A stretch of DNA of 64,000 nucleotides from a virus (lineage: Duplodnaviria; Caudoviricetes): the IMG/VR virus record IMGVR_UViG_3300047160_001275, positions 1 through 64,000 of that record. One strand, given 5' to 3'. This document shows positions 27,707-35,970 of the stretch, piece after piece. How positions within the stretch are numbered: the first letter of the stretch is position 1; each line of letters begins with the position of its first letter. The position numbers were made by a program, and so were the translations under genes. The notes beneath the pieces are model-generated. The model worked only from the letters and a program-made list of their open reading frames with translations. It made no database searches and was not told the origin of the DNA.

Positions 27707-30700
27707 TCAGGCCGCCTTGGCCGCCAGCCCAATAAAACTTAGGTCAGGCTCGCCAAACGCCTCGCGCGTCCAGCCGCTCCATGAGCGTAGGAACGGGGCT
27801 AAGGCCGTCCTGCGGTTGTCCCAGGCCAGCCTGAAGCTGTCGCAGGCGTTCCAGTGCCCAGGCCCGCGCTTGAAATGGCCGCCCTCCTTGGTCATCGGCA
27901 CCCCAGCCAGGATGATCCGGTCGTAGCCAAGCTGACGCGCCACCGCCACCGCGAACAGTCCGCTTGAGCCGCGCCAGTCGTCGGCGACGTCGGTGATCCC
28001 GGCAAACGGGTGCCTTCTATCGCCCTTGGTGTGCGCCCACACTTGGCTCGGCGGCAAGCGTCGGGTCCGCGCCCGCGCGCTCAGCCAGTCCTTTGCCTTG
28101 TTGGGATGGAGGGTGACGCCGACGCAGTCGCCGTCGAACTCACTGATCATGTCGTTGATCACGAACCATGTCGCCTGGACGCCGTCGAGCAGGGCGCGGG
28201 TCTGCTCGACCTCGTGCAGGACGTCGCCGCCGCCTCCGACCACCACCGCGATAGGCTTCGTTAGGGCTTGTCCATCAAAGTTGCCGGTCTGTTCCCGTCT
28301 GGTTCCTGATTCGGCGGCGAGACGCGGATTTAATTCGGCGGAAATTCGGGCGGCTCCCGGCTTGGCCGCCTCGAACGCCATCGACTCGATCTTGTTGAAG
28401 ACGTCGCCGATCACCTTGCCGTGGCCCTCGACGCCACGAAGCTCAGGATGGGGGCTTTGCCCGACCTCCCGCTCGCAGAGATATGAGAAACCAGCGTAGC
28501 GAAGCAGGGACGCCATCACGCTCACCGTCCACGCCATCTGGTGGCCATGTGAGAACAGGATCGCCTTGGCCGCGCCATGGGCGGAAGCCTCGCCGCTCCA
28601 TTTCTTGGTGAACTCGAAATACGCCTGATCGTCGCAGGCCATGATCTTCTCGATGCTCGGCACCGTCACCCGCAAGATCCCGCCGGGGGCGAGCACCCGG
28701 AACGCCTCCTCGAAAAACCGGATTGCCTCGTGGCAAGAGACGTGCTCGACGCAGTGCTCGATGAAGATGTAGCTCGCCGAATTGTCGCGCCATGGCAACG
28801 GGCGGGCGATGTCGACGTCGGAATCATGGTTCTCCCAGCCGGGGAGCTTGTTGTCGCCGCAGCCGAGGTTGAGCTTGATCAGGGCCGTCCGCGAATCGAC
28901 GCGGGATGAACTGGAAAGGGGACTGACAGCCTCCCGGCCCACCAGCGCCGCCTCGACGAACCGATCGTAGCAGAAGACATCGTTATGGCAGTGCGTCACC
29001 CAGTCGAGATCGAGCGCAACGACGTTGGCGTTAGTGATTTGATGCTTGTCGCCGCGCCAGCCTTTGATCGGCAGCATGTAGAGGTTGGGATCGCCGACGA
29101 TCCCGCGCACCACCACCTCAGGGGTTGGCCTGACCTCCCGGTGCGGCCAATCGTAACGCTGGGTGAACTGGTTCCGTTTCACCCAGTCGACCGAGAAGGC
29201 CATCAGCCCCGTCTCGACCCATCCGGCGAAGTCGCGCTCCATGCCGCTGACCGGGATCGACGCGACCGGCTTGCCCCATTTGACCATGTCGGCGACGAGG
29301 TTGCGCACCGGCAGGCGCAGGAGCGAGTCGCCCTCGATATGGGCGACGAACTCGTAGCCGCGTTCGACCGCCAGATCGAGCCCCTTGGTGAACGCCCGTC
29401 CCCAGCCGTCGCGGCCCTTGCGTGAGAGATGGCCGACGTTGTCGCCGAACTGGAACACCTCGCAGCGCGGTCCATTGCTTGGCTGGATAATCGGCAGAGG
29501 CGAAGCGCTGTCGACAAGTAGGAAGTCGCAGTCCGGGTTGAGCGCGCGGTGCAGGAAGAGCCACTGCACCGTCAGCTTCTGCCGGTCGGCCGAGTCGACG
29601 TAGGTGGTGCCGAAAATCAGAGTGCGGGAGCGAGCGCCGCCTTCTGGAGGGGGTGCCGCGCCCGCTCCCTCCGTCGGTCCCGCAGCGGGGGTCGTCTTCG
29701 GGAGCGACGTGCGCCATTGCGCGGCAAACTCCCTCACCCTGTCAAGCGCGGGCGGCAGGTCGATCTTCTTGTCGCCGCAGTCGTGCCGCTCGGTGTGGCA
29801 GTCGCACGGCTGGATCGGGTCTATGCCGAGAGTCGGCGCAAGATGCGCGCCTGCCCGCTGAGTCGTCCGGTAGGATTCCCGGCCGCCATAGACGCATATC
29901 GACGGCGTTCCGACCGCCTGAGCCAAGACCGGGGCAAATCCGGCATTACAAAAGACGATGGCAGCCTGTTTGAATAGCGCAGCCATGCTCTGGAACGTGA
30001 GTTCGCCGCCATGGAATTTCAGGTCCGCTTCTGGTTCCGGCCCGACGATCCACTCCTCCCCCGGCTGGAGGTCGGCGATCGACACCACGAAATAGCCATC
30101 CTTCGCCGCCTTGTAGAGCGTCTCGTAGCCCTCTGGGTCTGGGTTGCGGTTGGCGCTGTTCCATTCTCTTCTCAGGACGATGGGCCGATAGACGAGGAGT
30201 GGCTTCCCTCCGGTGTCGAACGCGGGCGCTCGCCATGAGCCGGGAACCGGCAGCGAAAAGTCGAGCGGCTTCAGGTGGTCGACCGGATGGCCCTGCTCGC
30301 TGATCGCCCCCGCCATCGCTTGAAGAATCGTGCCGTAATGGTCGATGGCGGGCTTCTTGTACCACAATTTGATGTGATGGGCGGACGCTGGCGCAGCGGG
30401 AACGACCCCGAACAGGCCCCGCTCGCGCGCGATTGTCTTGGCCTGCGCTCTAAGCCTTGTGTCCTTGAAGATCAGGTGCAGCCGGTCGCCGATCAGGTCA
30501 TGATAGACATGCCAGTGCGAGGTGTGCAGCCACACCTCTTCCCGCTTCATCAGTTCCCGCAGGATCGCCCGCTGGTGGAGGTTGTCGCCGATGCCATACA
30601 TGCCGTCGATGACCACCGCGCCTCCGGGGCGAGCCATATCGGCTCGGTGCTCGGAGATCTCAAGTTCGTGCGGCGACCGATAGAGGGCCTGGACCAACGT

Positions 30701-30814
30701 GTACGGCAGGTCGACCCCTTGGATCGCCTCCCCCGGCTTGACCCGCACCTCCAGTCCAAACGAATCGTACACGATTCGCGTCGCTCGGCTATTATTTCGG
30801 AGGTCATACAACAT
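27707..30814 (-). CDS. glycosylation polyprotein: capsid-protein-like N-module + GT9 heptosyltransferase + second GT-like domain + SAM methyltransferase + DUF115/GT42-like domain
   Basis: Start taken at ATG 30814 (MLYDLRNN). GT9: GMYGIGDNL..RAILREL and MAALFKQAAIVFCNAGFAPVLAQAVGTP..CVYGG (~29715-30625). GT-like: FLLVDSASP...GWGRAF..G...HIEGDS (~28945-29625). MTase: LNLGCG...EHCVEH...RVLAPGG (~28365-28880). Last domain: VVVGGG...GSSGLFAV..A..LGY.RIIL.G.PM (~27710-28257). Confidence 0.8.
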   Translation of the reverse strand: MLYDLRNNSRATRIVYDSFGLEVRVKPGEAIQGVDLPYTLVQALYRSPHELEISEHRADMARPGGAVVIDGMYGIGDNLHQRAILRELMKREEVWLHTSHWHVYHDLIGDRLHLIFKDTRLRAQAKTIARERGLFGVVPAAPASAHHIKLWYKKPAIDHYGTILQAMAGAISEQGHPVDHLKPLDFSLPVPGSWRAPAFDTGGKPLLVYRPIVLRREWNSANRNPDPEGYETLYKAAKDGYFVVSIADLQPGEEWIVGPEPEADLKFHGGELTFQSMAALFKQAAIVFCNAGFAPVLAQAVGTPSICVYGGRESYRTTQRAGAHLAPTLGIDPIQPCDCHTERHDCGDKKIDLPPALDRVREFAAQWRTSLPKTTPAAGPTEGAGAAPPPEGGARSRTLIFGTTYVDSADRQKLTVQWLFLHRALNPDCDFLLVDSASPLPIIQPSNGPRCEVFQFGDNVGHLSRKGRDGWGRAFTKGLDLAVERGYEFVAHIEGDSLLRLPVRNLVADMVKWGKPVASIPVSGMERDFAGWVETGLMAFSVDWVKRNQFTQRYDWPHREVRPTPEVVVRGIVGDPNLYMLPIKGWRGDKHQITNANVVALDLDWVTHCHNDVFCYDRFVEAALVGREAVSPLSSSSRVDSRTALIKLNLGCGDNKLPGWENHDSDVDIARPLPWRDNSASYIFIEHCVEHVSCHEAIRFFEEAFRVLAPGGILRVTVPSIEKIMACDDQAYFEFTKKWSGEASAHGAAKAILFSHGHQMAWTVSVMASLLRYAGFSYLCEREVGQSPHPELRGVEGHGKVIGDVFNKIESMAFEAAKPGAARISAELNPRLAAESGTRREQTGNFDGQALTKPIAVVVGGGGDVLHEVEQTRALLDGVQATWFVINDMISEFDGDCVGVTLHPNKAKDWLSARARTRRLPPSQVWAHTKGDRRHPFAGITDVADDWRGSSGLFAVAVARQLGYDRIILAGVPMTKEGGHFKRGPGHWNACDSFRLAWDNRRTALAPFLRSWSGWTREAFGEPDLSFIGLAAKAA

Positions 30815-30848
30815 GGGGATCTTAGGCGGCGATGTTGTCTGATGGGAT

Positions 30849-31034
30849 GTGTTTCGGTCGTTGGACCATCCTTCGTTTCTCCCACACCATAGCTTTGAGA
30901 ATTTCCTGTCCGACATGGGGACAAAGCCAAGCCTGAAACACAGCATCGACCGTATCGACAACGGCGGCCATTACGAACCATCCAATTGTCGTTGGGCTAT
31001 GGTGTTGGAGCAAAGACGCAATCGTAGGTCTTAA
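30849..31034 (+). pseudogene. C-terminal fragment of an HNH homing endonuclease, antisense to the late operon
   Basis: [35 protein letters not shown]...EQRRNRR. Confidence 0.8.
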
Positions 31035-32722
31035 CCGCGAGGACGGACAGTCACGTTGCCCGCAACTCGCACGACCGGGCGGCCGTCATCACGCCGCTCA
31101 AGTCGTACAGCATCGCGTCCTCTTGTCTTCGCCTTGGCCGACTGCGGCTGCGACGGCGGCCCCTGGTCGCCATGCAGGCTGGGGTCGGGCTTATAGGCGA
31201 CGATGGTCTTGTGCGGGATGAAGTCGCCGGTCGGCGAGGCTTGGCCTTCGTCGCTGAGCGAGCCCCGGTTCTCGCCGTTGATCCACTTGTTCGAGCCGTG
31301 CAGGAGGATCAGCGGCTCACCCAAGGCATGCGCCGTCACGCGGGGGTCGACCGGCTTGCCGTCGGCGTCGACGAACAGCCGCCGGTTGGCCTCGCTGGCC
31401 GGATCGAGGATCTGGCCGGTCCACATCTGGAACTCCGCCATCTCGACCCGATAGATGTTGTCGACGTATTTAGGCTGGGCCGGGAAGCCCATCGGCTGGT
31501 CCTTAGCGGGCACCGACGGGTCGGTCAGCGTGTACTTGGGCAGGACGCCCGTGTCATAGTAAGCGCCGCCAGGGGTGCGCAGGCGCAGAAGTTGTGCTTG
31601 GTCCTGGCCGAGCAGGGTGAAGGCGTCGTCGGTGATGACCGCGTTCAGGTCGTCGGGATTTCCGGGCCAGTTGCTGTCGAGGTCGTAGCCGGTGAGGTTC
31701 TTGTCGTCGAAGGCCATATAGAGGTGCGACGCGGCGTCGACATAGGTCCAGTTGGGGCCGAATGGCTCACCCAAGATCGTGCCGTGGGTCTGAACCGTCG
31801 CGAGGTCTACCGAAACCAGAAGATGGTGCCACTGGTTCGGCGTGACGTTGATCCCCAGGCTGTAGATCGACCCGGTGGCGTTGAGCACGGTGGAGGAGAT
31901 GTCGACGTAATTGAACACCGGGTCGACGACCACCGTAGGGCAGTTCGGAAAATCCACCCAATGGGTGTTGTCGGAGACGGTCCACGCTGGGCCGATCTGC
32001 TCGCTCACGAGCCCGAGGCCGGGATAGTGCCACTGCTCAACGCGGGTGCCGGTGAAGAAGGCGGCGCAAGGATCGTCAGGCGTGCCACCCGTCCCGCCAA
32101 AGTACACGCTGACCACGCAGGGAGGGCCGTAGCCGTACTCATAGCCCTGCGTCATGCTCCTTAGCTCGTACTGGAAACCCTCCACCGTCGCCTTCTGGCC
32201 GGTCTCAAAATTGACCCACAATTGCCCACCAGTGTTGACGCCGATGAAAGTCGGAAAGGTCGGATCGCCCAGACCGGTCGGCTCGGTGTCGTAGACCGTC
32301 CACATATCCGGCGGCTCAGTGACCGGCTGCAAATAGGCGCTTGGGTTATAGACGTAGGTGCCTTGGGCGATGTTGTTGACCGTATCGACAGCCTCGATGG
32401 TGACGGAGTTGTCGACGCCGCAGTTCGCCACCCCCCAAGTGTGGGTAACCGAGGCGACGACCTGACTCGGCGTCCCTTGGTAAGGCGTCTGAGCCTCGCC
32501 CTCCTTCCCCATCGTCACCAGCGGGATGACTCCCACCATAGGCGGCGGGTTGGCCGGAAACAGGTTGGCGGCGCTCCAGGCGTTATAGTCCGCATTGACC
32601 TGATCGAGCGCCGATTGCGGGATGCGGAACCAGAGCGAGATGATCGCCTGAGTGAAGTCGGGAATGCCGTCGGGCAGGTTCAGATAGCCCACGGGCTCAG
32701 GTGTCCTTGGGGTAGAACTCAA
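31031..32722 (-). CDS. tail-tip/receptor-binding protein with LamG/ConA-like fold
   Basis: ISLWFR...WHHLLVSVD...MAEFQMW LamG-like motifs; last gene of the tail block. Confidence 0.55.
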   Translation of the reverse strand: MSSTPRTPEPVGYLNLPDGIPDFTQAIISLWFRIPQSALDQVNADYNAWSAANLFPANPPPMVGVIPLVTMGKEGEAQTPYQGTPSQVVASVTHTWGVANCGVDNSVTIEAVDTVNNIAQGTYVYNPSAYLQPVTEPPDMWTVYDTEPTGLGDPTFPTFIGVNTGGQLWVNFETGQKATVEGFQYELRSMTQGYEYGYGPPCVVSVYFGGTGGTPDDPCAAFFTGTRVEQWHYPGLGLVSEQIGPAWTVSDNTHWVDFPNCPTVVVDPVFNYVDISSTVLNATGSIYSLGINVTPNQWHHLLVSVDLATVQTHGTILGEPFGPNWTYVDAASHLYMAFDDKNLTGYDLDSNWPGNPDDLNAVITDDAFTLLGQDQAQLLRLRTPGGAYYDTGVLPKYTLTDPSVPAKDQPMGFPAQPKYVDNIYRVEMAEFQMWTGQILDPASEANRRLFVDADGKPVDPRVTAHALGEPLILLHGSNKWINGENRGSLSDEGQASPTGDFIPHKTIVAYKPDPSLHGDQGPPSQPQSAKAKTRGRDAVRLERRDDGRPVVRVAGNVTVRPRG

Positions 32723-33491
32723 CCGCGAGCCCCGTGCTCCACGCCACGTTGACGATGGTCTGGAGAGGGTCGAGCCTGACCAGGGTCGCGTCGTCAGGCG
32801 ATTGCTGAAACAGGGCGGCGACCGTCTTGTTGTTGGTCAGGACGTAGGTCATGTCCTGGCCCCTGTCGCCGGTCAGGACGTCGGCCCCGATCCTGAGCTT
32901 GAAGCTCTTGCAGCACTCGACGTCGACCTTCTGGCTTGAGTCCTGCTTGCCGCTCTGGAGCGCCGTCTGGTAATCGTCCCAATTGACCGGCCCCTGCGTC
33001 ATATCCAGGCCGCCTTGGGAAGGATCGCCGCCGAGGTCGTTGTTGACCACCCGGATCGGCGACACCTCGCGCACCTGCGACGGGTCCATCGTCTGGTCGC
33101 CGGGATCGCCGTCCTTCGGCACATTGTCGAAGGTGTAGGCGCGGACGACATGGGTGGCCGGGCCGCCCTTCTTGCTCGGGTCGTCGTCGCGATGGTCGAT
33201 CTTCAGCTTGTCGACGATCCAGACCTGAACAAACTGGCTCTTGTCGTCGGGGTTGTAGACCTTGCGCTCGTCGGTCTTGCGCACCGGATTCTCTTGCCCG
33301 GTGTCGTCCTGAGCCTCGTCCTTCCATTGCTGGACGTAGAGCGTGTCCTGCGCCGTGGCGCCGCTCGGCTGGCCGCGATACTGGAACGCCCATTGGTCGA
33401 TCCGCAGGATGTCGAGCCAGACGTCCTTGTCGGCGACGTTGCCCTGGTCGTCGGTCTGGTAGATCCGCTTCACATGGGCCTTGCGCACCAT
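32697..33491 (-). CDS. tail-associated hypothetical protein
   Basis: Protein-like from MVRKAHVKRIY; upstream part of track ORF is shadow. Confidence 0.6.
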   Translation of the reverse strand: MVRKAHVKRIYQTDDQGNVADKDVWLDILRIDQWAFQYRGQPSGATAQDTLYVQQWKDEAQDDTGQENPVRKTDERKVYNPDDKSQFVQVWIVDKLKIDHRDDDPSKKGGPATHVVRAYTFDNVPKDGDPGDQTMDPSQVREVSPIRVVNNDLGGDPSQGGLDMTQGPVNWDDYQTALQSGKQDSSQKVDVECCKSFKLRIGADVLTGDRGQDMTYVLTNNKTVAALFQQSPDDATLVRLDPLQTIVNVAWSTGLAVEFYPKDT

Positions 33492-33502
33492 GTCCACGGG
33501 GG

Positions 33503-34261
33503 TCAGATCCCCACCGCCAGCGCAGCCCCACGCGCGCGGATGGTCATGGCGACGGCGCTGGCCTGCCCGTTCGCTAGCCCTGCCGCCGTCGCCGGGGAGA
33601 TCGCCGCCGCATTGGCCGCGCCGCCCGCCATACCCGCGCCCGCGAAGGTGTAGATCCCGCTCGGCCCGGCCGAGAAGCCGCCGGGCACGGAATAGGCGAA
33701 GGCCGTCGCGCCGAAGTTCGCCGTCTCGGTGGTCGGCGACGAGGAGGCGTTCTGGAAAGCCAGACCGGCAAAGGCGACGTTGGTCGGAAATAAGGCTGAA
33801 ATGCTGATGCCGCCCGTGTTGGTCGCCGGGTTGGCGGTCGAGGAGGCGTTCCAAAGCTCGTTGTTGGTGCGGAACCAGATCGTCGAGTCGGTGAGGTCGA
33901 CCGCGACGCAGCGAGTGGCGATATAGACGCCGCCGCTGGGATAGGCGGTGAGATTGGAAATCGCGACCCCGGTCGACGTCCCGTTGACCCAGATCCCGCC
34001 ATTGGCGTACACGGTGGCGCTGCCCAGCGCGCTGGCCAGCGGCGAGCCGATCAGCGACGCGGTCATGGCATAGACGCCGCATCCAGTGACAGAGCCCGCG
34101 CCGCCCCAACTGAACGCGACCTCGAAATAGAACTTGCCCGACGACTGCCCTTGGGTCGACCGCACCGCCGTCGACCCGTCGGTGGTCGCGCCAGCGGTCA
34201 GGTTGCCGTTCGAGAGGACAACGCCGGGGGCGGCGTCGTTCGGATTGAGGGCGGTCGTCAT
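33503..34261 (-). CDS. SPRY/B30.2-like fibre protein
   Basis: VVLSNGNLTA...SGKFYFEV...AVDL...ANFGATAFAY; paralogous to the N-terminus of 49404-51203. Confidence 0.6.
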   Translation of the reverse strand: MTTALNPNDAAPGVVLSNGNLTAGATTDGSTAVRSTQGQSSGKFYFEVAFSWGGAGSVTGCGVYAMTASLIGSPLASALGSATVYANGGIWVNGTSTGVAISNLTAYPSGGVYIATRCVAVDLTDSTIWFRTNNELWNASSTANPATNTGGISISALFPTNVAFAGLAFQNASSSPTTETANFGATAFAYSVPGGFSAGPSGIYTFAGAGMAGGAANAAAISPATAAGLANGQASAVAMTIRARGAALAVGI

Positions 34262-34698
34262 CAGCCTTCGGTGATGGTGGTGCCGGTGGTCAGTTGCGGC
34301 GGCGTGCCGACGGTGATGACGATGTTCGGCGTGATCGGCCCGCGATAGAGGATCATGCTGGCCCCGCTCGCCGCCACCCCGAGCGAGAAGTAGACCAGTG
34401 TCTGCCCCGCCCCACTGGTCGGCGCGGGGAAGTTAACCGCCGCCGCCAGGGTGACCGAGGCCCCGGAGACGGTGAACCCCGCCGTCGACCGCGCCACCGC
34501 CGTTCGCGCATAGCCGCCGTAGGTCGCCTCGCTGGCCGTCTGGTCGCCGCCGACGCCAGGATCGGCGGTGTGCAGCGCCAATTGATAGCTGGTCAGCGGG
34601 CTCGCCGTGACGTTCTGGGCAATCCCCGCGATCGTAGTGCCGTTAAAGATGAGGAGAAGCAGCGCATTGTCAAAAGCGTTCGCCTTGCCGCCAGCCAT
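34261..34698 (-). CDS. tail fibre/baseplate structural protein
   Basis: LALHTADPG...E..YGGYAR.AV...V.FP pattern common in tail modules. Confidence 0.6.
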   Translation of the reverse strand: MAGGKANAFDNALLLLIFNGTTIAGIAQNVTASPLTSYQLALHTADPGVGGDQTASEATYGGYARTAVARSTAGFTVSGASVTLAAAVNFPAPTSGAGQTLVYFSLGVAASGASMILYRGPITPNIVITVGTPPQLTTGTTITEG

Positions 34699-34707
34699 GA
34701 TGGTCCC

Positions 34708-35727
34708 CTAAGCGTAAGCCTGTCCTACGCTATTGCCATAGACGGTGGCGCCGTTGTTGAAGCTGAGGAGGACAACGACGTCCTTGCCATTGGGCGTCAG
34801 CACCGGCTTCAGGCCGCCGGGAAAGAGTACGCCAGCCCCGCTCCAATCCCAGGTGTAGCCGCTGGTGTTGACGATCTCCAGCACCAAGCGGGCGGCCTGC
34901 GCCCCGGTCGGCCAGCCGGTAATGGGATTGGTGGTGACGTTGCCGGTGACCGAGAACCGCTGCCACTCGCCGTTGGCCCGGCTGATGGTGACCGCGCCGT
35001 TGGCGGCGATCGGCGCGGCGCACGGCAGATCGACCGCCGACACGTTGGCCCATTTGGTCCCGTTAAAGACCAGCGGCTGGCCGACTGCGGGCGAGGAGAC
35101 GAGGACGTCGGTGAGCGAGGCGAGCGTGCCCCCGCCGCCGCTGGAGACGATGACCCCGTTGGTCCAGTTGGCGCCGGCCCACATGAGGACGTCGCCGGTC
35201 ACTAGAGGCGAGGCGATCGAGACGTCGGTGAGATCTTCCAGATCTGGCTGGCCCCAAGTGGTCGAATAATCGACCGCAGACGCCTTCATCAGGAACGAGC
35301 CGACGGGGCCGCCTGGCGGCAAAGCGACCGACGGCTGGTTGAGGATCATCTGATAATAATTGTGGCCCGCGCCATCGTTCGCGCCTGGATCGAAGGCCGC
35401 CGCCGAGGTGTGGTTGACCAAAACCACATAGGCCGCGCCGTTCTCACTCACCACGTCATTGGCGAGGTAGGAGGTGTTCGGCGCCCACGCGCCCCGGAAG
35501 TTCAGGGTCGCGACCGGCAGTTCGTAGGGGCCGAGCAGGGTGTGATCCGACAGCGCCACATACATCAGGTTGCCAGTCACCGTGATGTTGGCGATCCCGA
35601 CCCCTTGCACGGCCTTGGCGGCGATGTCGCCCTGCGCCTGCCAGAAGTTCCCGTCCACCTCGGCGGCGGTCAGGTTCGCGCCCTTGCCTGGCCCCCACGC
35701 GCCTGGGGTGCGGTAAATGTAAGCCAT
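34708..35727 (-). CDS. tail fibre protein with CBM5/12-like motif and L..LTDV repeats
   Basis: GAWAPNTSYLANDVV; LEDLTDV...GDVL.W.G..WTN and LASLTDV...GQ.LVFNGTKWAN. Confidence 0.65.
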   Translation of the reverse strand: MAYIYRTPGAWGPGKGANLTAAEVDGNFWQAQGDIAAKAVQGVGIANITVTGNLMYVALSDHTLLGPYELPVATLNFRGAWAPNTSYLANDVVSENGAAYVVLVNHTSAAAFDPGANDGAGHNYYQMILNQPSVALPPGGPVGSFLMKASAVDYSTTWGQPDLEDLTDVSIASPLVTGDVLMWAGANWTNGVIVSSGGGGTLASLTDVLVSSPAVGQPLVFNGTKWANVSAVDLPCAAPIAANGAVTISRANGEWQRFSVTGNVTTNPITGWPTGAQAARLVLEIVNTSGYTWDWSGAGVLFPGGLKPVLTPNGKDVVVLLSFNNGATVYGNSVGQAYA

Positions 35728-35733
35728 CGAGGT

Positions 35734-35967
35734 TCAGCCCGCCGACGTCGCCAGTTCCACCGCCGACATGTCCATGTACGACGTGATGGTGAGCGAGGCC
35801 GAGCCGCCGCTGACCTGAAGCGGCGGCAACTGTCCCGACGAGGTGCCGCCGAACCCAGGCTTGACGATCACCGGCTCGTTGGTGGCAAGGTTGAAAGCGT
35901 TGAGCACGGTCTGGGCGAGCGTGTTCTGCGGCAATTGGTAGGGCCTGACATTGTCTTCCCACGCCAT
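35734..35967 (-). CDS. small tail protein
   Basis: Co-oriented ORF between tail genes. Confidence 0.55.
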   Translation of the reverse strand: MAWEDNVRPYQLPQNTLAQTVLNAFNLATNEPVIVKPGFGGTSSGQLPPLQVSGGSASLTITSYMDMSAVELATSAG

Positions 35968-35970
35968 TGG

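Noticed and set aside
23912-31034. One HNH gene split by insertion of the heptose cassette
   Set aside because: The N-half (minus strand, reading leftward) and C-half (plus strand, 6.5 kb to the right) cannot be joined by a simple insertion or single inversion; treated as independent relics
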